From NCBI GenBank assembly GCA_964016885.1, contig OZ024743.1, positions 131,874,001-131,938,000 on the forward strand: 64,000 nt of DNA, given 5' to 3'. The notes beneath the pieces were generated by a model, which ran no database searches, was not told the origin of the DNA, and saw only the letters and a program-made list of their open reading frames with translations. Positions 61,201 to 64,000 of this stretch are shown piece by piece (the stretch's first letter is position 1; the number at the start of each line of letters is the position of its first letter). The translations under genes were made by a program, and so were the position numbers. Origin of the DNA: Eledone cirrhosa. Lineage: Eukaryota.

Positions 61201-63780
61201 GTGCTTGGTGCTTGGTGTTTGGTGCTTGGTGTTTGGTGCTTGGTGCCTGGTGCTTGGTGTTTGGTGTTTGATGCTTGGTGTTTGGTGTTTGGTGTTTGGT
61301 ACTTGGTGTTCGGTGCTTGGTGCTTGGTGCTTGGTGCTTGGTGTTTGGTGTTTGGTGCTTAGTGCTTGGTGTTTGGTGTTTGGTGCTTGGTGCTTGGTGG
61401 CTGGTGTTTGGTGGTTGGTGTTTGGAGTTTGGTGCTTGGTGCTTGGTGCCTGGTGTTTCGTGCTTGGTGCTTGGTGCTTGGTGCTTGGTGTTTGGTGTTT
61501 GGTGTTTGGGGTTTGGTGTTTGCTGTTTGGTGTCTGCTTTTTGGTGTTTGGTGTTTGCTGTATGGTGTTTGCTGTTTCGTATTTGGTTTTTGCTGTTTGG
61601 TGTTTGGTGTTTGCTGTTTGGTGTTTGGTGTTTGGTGCTTGGTGCCTGGTGCTTGTTGTATGGTGTTTGGTGCTTGGTGCTTGGTGTTTGGTGTTTGCTG
61701 CTTGGTGTCTGGTGTTTGGTGCTTGGTGTTTGGTGTTTGGTGCTTGGTGCTTGGTGCTTGGTGTTTGGTGTTTGGTGCTTGGTGCTTGGTGTTTGGTGTT
61801 TGGTGCTGGGTGCATGGAGTTTGGTGCTTGGTGCTTAGTGCTTGGTGTTTGGTGTTTGGTGCTTGGTATTTGGTGTTTGGTGTTTGATGCTTGGTGCGTG
61901 GTGCTTGGTGCTTGGTGTTTTGTGTTTGGTGCTTGGTGCTTGGTGCTTGGTGCTTGGTGCTTGGTGATTAGTGTTTGGTGCTTGGTGCTTGGTGTTTGGT
62001 GCTTGGTGTTTGGTGCTTGGTGCCTGGTGCTTGGTGTTTGGTGTTTGATGCTTGGTGTTTGGTGTTTGGTGTTTGGTACTTGGTGTTCGGTGCTTGGTGC
62101 TTGGTGCTTGGTGCTTGGTGTTTGATGTTTGGTGCTTGGTGCTTGGTGTTTGATGTTTGGTCATTGGTGCTTGGTGTTTGGTGTTGTGTGCTTGGTGCTT
62201 GGTGCTTGGTGTTTGGTGCTTGGTGCTTGGTGTTTGGTGCTTGGTGCTTGGTGTTTGATGTTTGGTCCTTGGTGCTTGGTGTTTGGTGTTGTGTGCTTGG
62301 TGCATGGTGCTTGATGTTTGGTTCTTGGTGCTTGGTGCTTGGTGTTTGGCGTTTGCTGTTTGCTGTTTGGTGTTTGGTGTTTGCTGTTTGGTGTTTGCTG
62401 TTTGGTGTTTGGTGTTTGGTGCTTGCTGTTTGGTGCTTGGTGCTTGGTGTTTGGTGTTAGGTGCTTGGTGTTTGGTGCTTGGTGCTTGGTGCTGAGTGTT
62501 TGGTGCTTGGTGCTTGGTGTTTGGTGCTTGGTGATTGGTGCTTGGTGTTTGGTCCTTGGTGCTTGGTGCTTGGTCTTTGGTGCTTGGGTTTTGGTGTTTG
62601 GTGCTTGGTGCTTGGTGTTTGGTGCTTGGTGCTTGGTGCTTGGTGCTTGGTGCTTGGTGTTTGGTGCTTGGTGCTTTGTGTTTGGTGCTTGGTGTTTGGT
62701 GCTTGCTGCTTGGTGCTTGGTGTTTGGTGCTTGGTGCTTGGTGATTAGTGTTTGGTGATTGTGCTTGGGGTTTGGTGTTTGGGGCTTGGTGTTTGGTGCT
62801 TAGTGCTTGCTGTTTGGTGTTTGGTGTTTGGTTCTTGGTGCTTGGTGTTTGGTGTTTGGTGTTTGGTGCTTGGTGCTTGGTGCTTGGTGTTTGGTGCTTG
62901 GTGCTTGGTGTTTGGTGCTTGGTGCCTGGTGCTTGTTGTTTGGTGTTTGGTGCTTAGTGCTTGGTGTTTGGTGTTTGGGGCTTGGTGCTTGGTGGCTGGT
63001 GTTTGGTGCTTGGTGTTTGGAGTTTGGTGCTTGGTGCTTGGTGCCTGGTGTTTCGTGCTTGGTGCTTGGTGCTTGGTGCTTGGTGTTTGGTGTTTGGTGT
63101 TTGGTGTTTGGTGTTTGCTGTTTGGTGTCTGCTTTTTGGTGTTTGGTGTTTGCTGTATGGTGTTTGCTGTTTCGTATTTGGTTTTTGCTGTTTGGTGTTT
63201 GGTGTTTGCTGTTTGGTGTTTGGTGTTTGGTGCTTGGTGCTTGGTGCTTGGCTTTGGTGCTTGGTGCTTGGTGTTTGGTGCTTGGTGCTTGGTGTTTGGT
63301 GTTTGGTGCTTGGTGCCTGGTGCTTGTTGTATGGGGTTTGGTGCTTGGTGCTTGGTGTTTGGTGTTTGCTGCTTGGTGTCTGGTGATTGGTGCTTGGTGT
63401 TTGGTGTTTGGTGCTTGGTGCTTGGTGCTTGGTGTTTGGTGTTTGGTGCTTGGTGCTTGGTGTTTGGTGTTTGGTGCTGGGTGCATGGAGTTTGGTGCTT
63501 GGTGCTTAGTGCTTGGTGTTTGGTGCTGCGTGCTTGGTGTTTGGTGTTTGGTGTTTGGTGCCTGGTGCTTGTTGTTTGGTGTTTGGTGCTTAGTGCTTGG
63601 TGTTTGGTGTTTGGTGCTTGGTGCTTGGTGGCTGGTGCTTGGTGCTTGGTGTTTGGAGTTTGGTGCTTGGTGCTTGGTGCCTGGTGTTTCGTGCTTGGTG
63701 CTTGGTGCTTGGTGTTTGGTGTTTGGTGCTTGGTGTTTGGTGTTTGGTGCTTGGTGCTTGGTGTTTGGTGTTTGGTGCTT
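58220..63780 (+). repeat. About three mosaic tandem copies of a 1.9-2.06 kb higher-order unit
   Basis: Landmarks at 58332/60240/62262 and 58818/60684/62748. All three share GCTGAGT and the 6-bp unit in GGTGATT-GTGCTT. The 58340-59840 and 62270-63770 blocks match at offset 3930. Confidence 0.85.
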
Positions 63781-64000
63781 GGTGTTTGGTGCTTGGTGCT
63801 TGGTGCTGGGTGTTTGGTGCTTGGTGCTTGGTGTTTGGTGCTTGGTGCTTGGTGCTTGGTTTTTGGTCCTTGGTGCTTGGTGCTTGGTCTTTGGTGCTTG
63901 GGTTTTGGTGTTTGGTGCTTGGTGCTTGGTGTTTGGTGCTTGGTGCTTGGTGCTTGGTGCTTGGTGTTTGGTGCTTGGTGCTTGGTGTTTGGTGTTTGGT

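Larger units (their letters stand above)
1..64000 (+). repeat. Heptanucleotide tandem satellite array (GGTGYTT)n, about 9,140 monomers, running off both window edges
   Basis: Every line parses into 7-bp units GGTGCTT or GGTGTTT plus variants with 1-2 substitutions (GCTGTTT, GATGCTT, GGTGATT, AGTGTTT, GGTGCCT, GGGGCTT, GGTCCTT, GGTACTT and others). No inversion and no non-repeat insert seen. Confidence 0.99.

Noticed and set aside
16856-61815. Long - strand ORFs (up to 569 aa; e.g. 23105-24814, 52685-54367) resembling mucin-like or RNA polymerase II CTD-like heptad proteins
   Set aside because: The heptad comes from 7-nt periodicity rather than a 21-nt coding unit. ATG starts derive from rare GCAT variants, and the sequence does not match YSPTSPS.
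783-62755. CRISPR-like reading with GATTAG landmarks as repeats and intervening DNA as spacers
   Set aside because: Spacing is irregular (77 bp to about 2 kb), the intervening DNA is the same satellite, and there are no unique spacers, leader or cas genes.
4-63386. Hundreds of + strand ORFs encoding hydrophobic W/C/L/V/G repeats
   Set aside because: The same peptide appears in all three overlapping frames, starts are mostly GTG/TTG inside the repeat, stops come from sporadic variant monomers, and there is no unique domain or codon structure.
1-64000. G-quadruplex or i-motif array
   Set aside because: The tracts are almost all GG with 5-nt loops, giving at best weak two-tier structures. GGG/GGGG runs are sparse and not clustered in fours.
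1-64000. Pure sequencing artefact or randomly generated low-complexity sequence
   Set aside because: Rare substitutions and 1-bp deletions are shared in nested, hierarchical fashion between distant blocks, as expected from duplication history. Copy numbers of the near-identical blocks still need read support.
1-64000. Embedded transposon, tRNA/rRNA, promoter, terminator or inverted repeat
   Set aside because: No non-satellite stretch or strand switch was seen. The near absence of A on the + strand precludes meaningful hairpins or AT-rich regulatory elements.

Overview
The whole 64 kb window is one uninterrupted, single-orientation tandem array of a 7-bp monomer, consensus GGTGYTT (GGTGCTT and GGTGTTT mixed; reverse strand AARCACC), about 9,140 monomers. 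The + strand is G/T-rich and almost free of A. I find no unique sequence, credible protein-coding gene, RNA gene, mobile element or CRISPR array. All supplied ORFs (WCLVLGA/WCLVFGV on +, TKHQAPS/TKHQTPN on -) arise because a stop-free 7-mer translates to the same 7-aa cycle in every frame. The real information is higher-order structure. Rare variant monomers recur in fixed order and trace nested duplications at offsets of roughly 77 bp, 175-300 bp, 1.25-1.34 kb, 1582 bp (x3, nearly identical), 2.3 kb, 3.0-3.4 kb, 4.4 kb, 5.9 kb and 22.5-23 kb. These offsets are multiples of 7 once 22 single-base phase slips are counted. The picture fits an actively turning-over satellite, probably eukaryotic centromeric, pericentromeric or subtelomeric (inference). 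Organism and function cannot be determined from this window, and I see no evidence of a gene-encoded novel system. Duplication boundaries were read by eye and are approximate.
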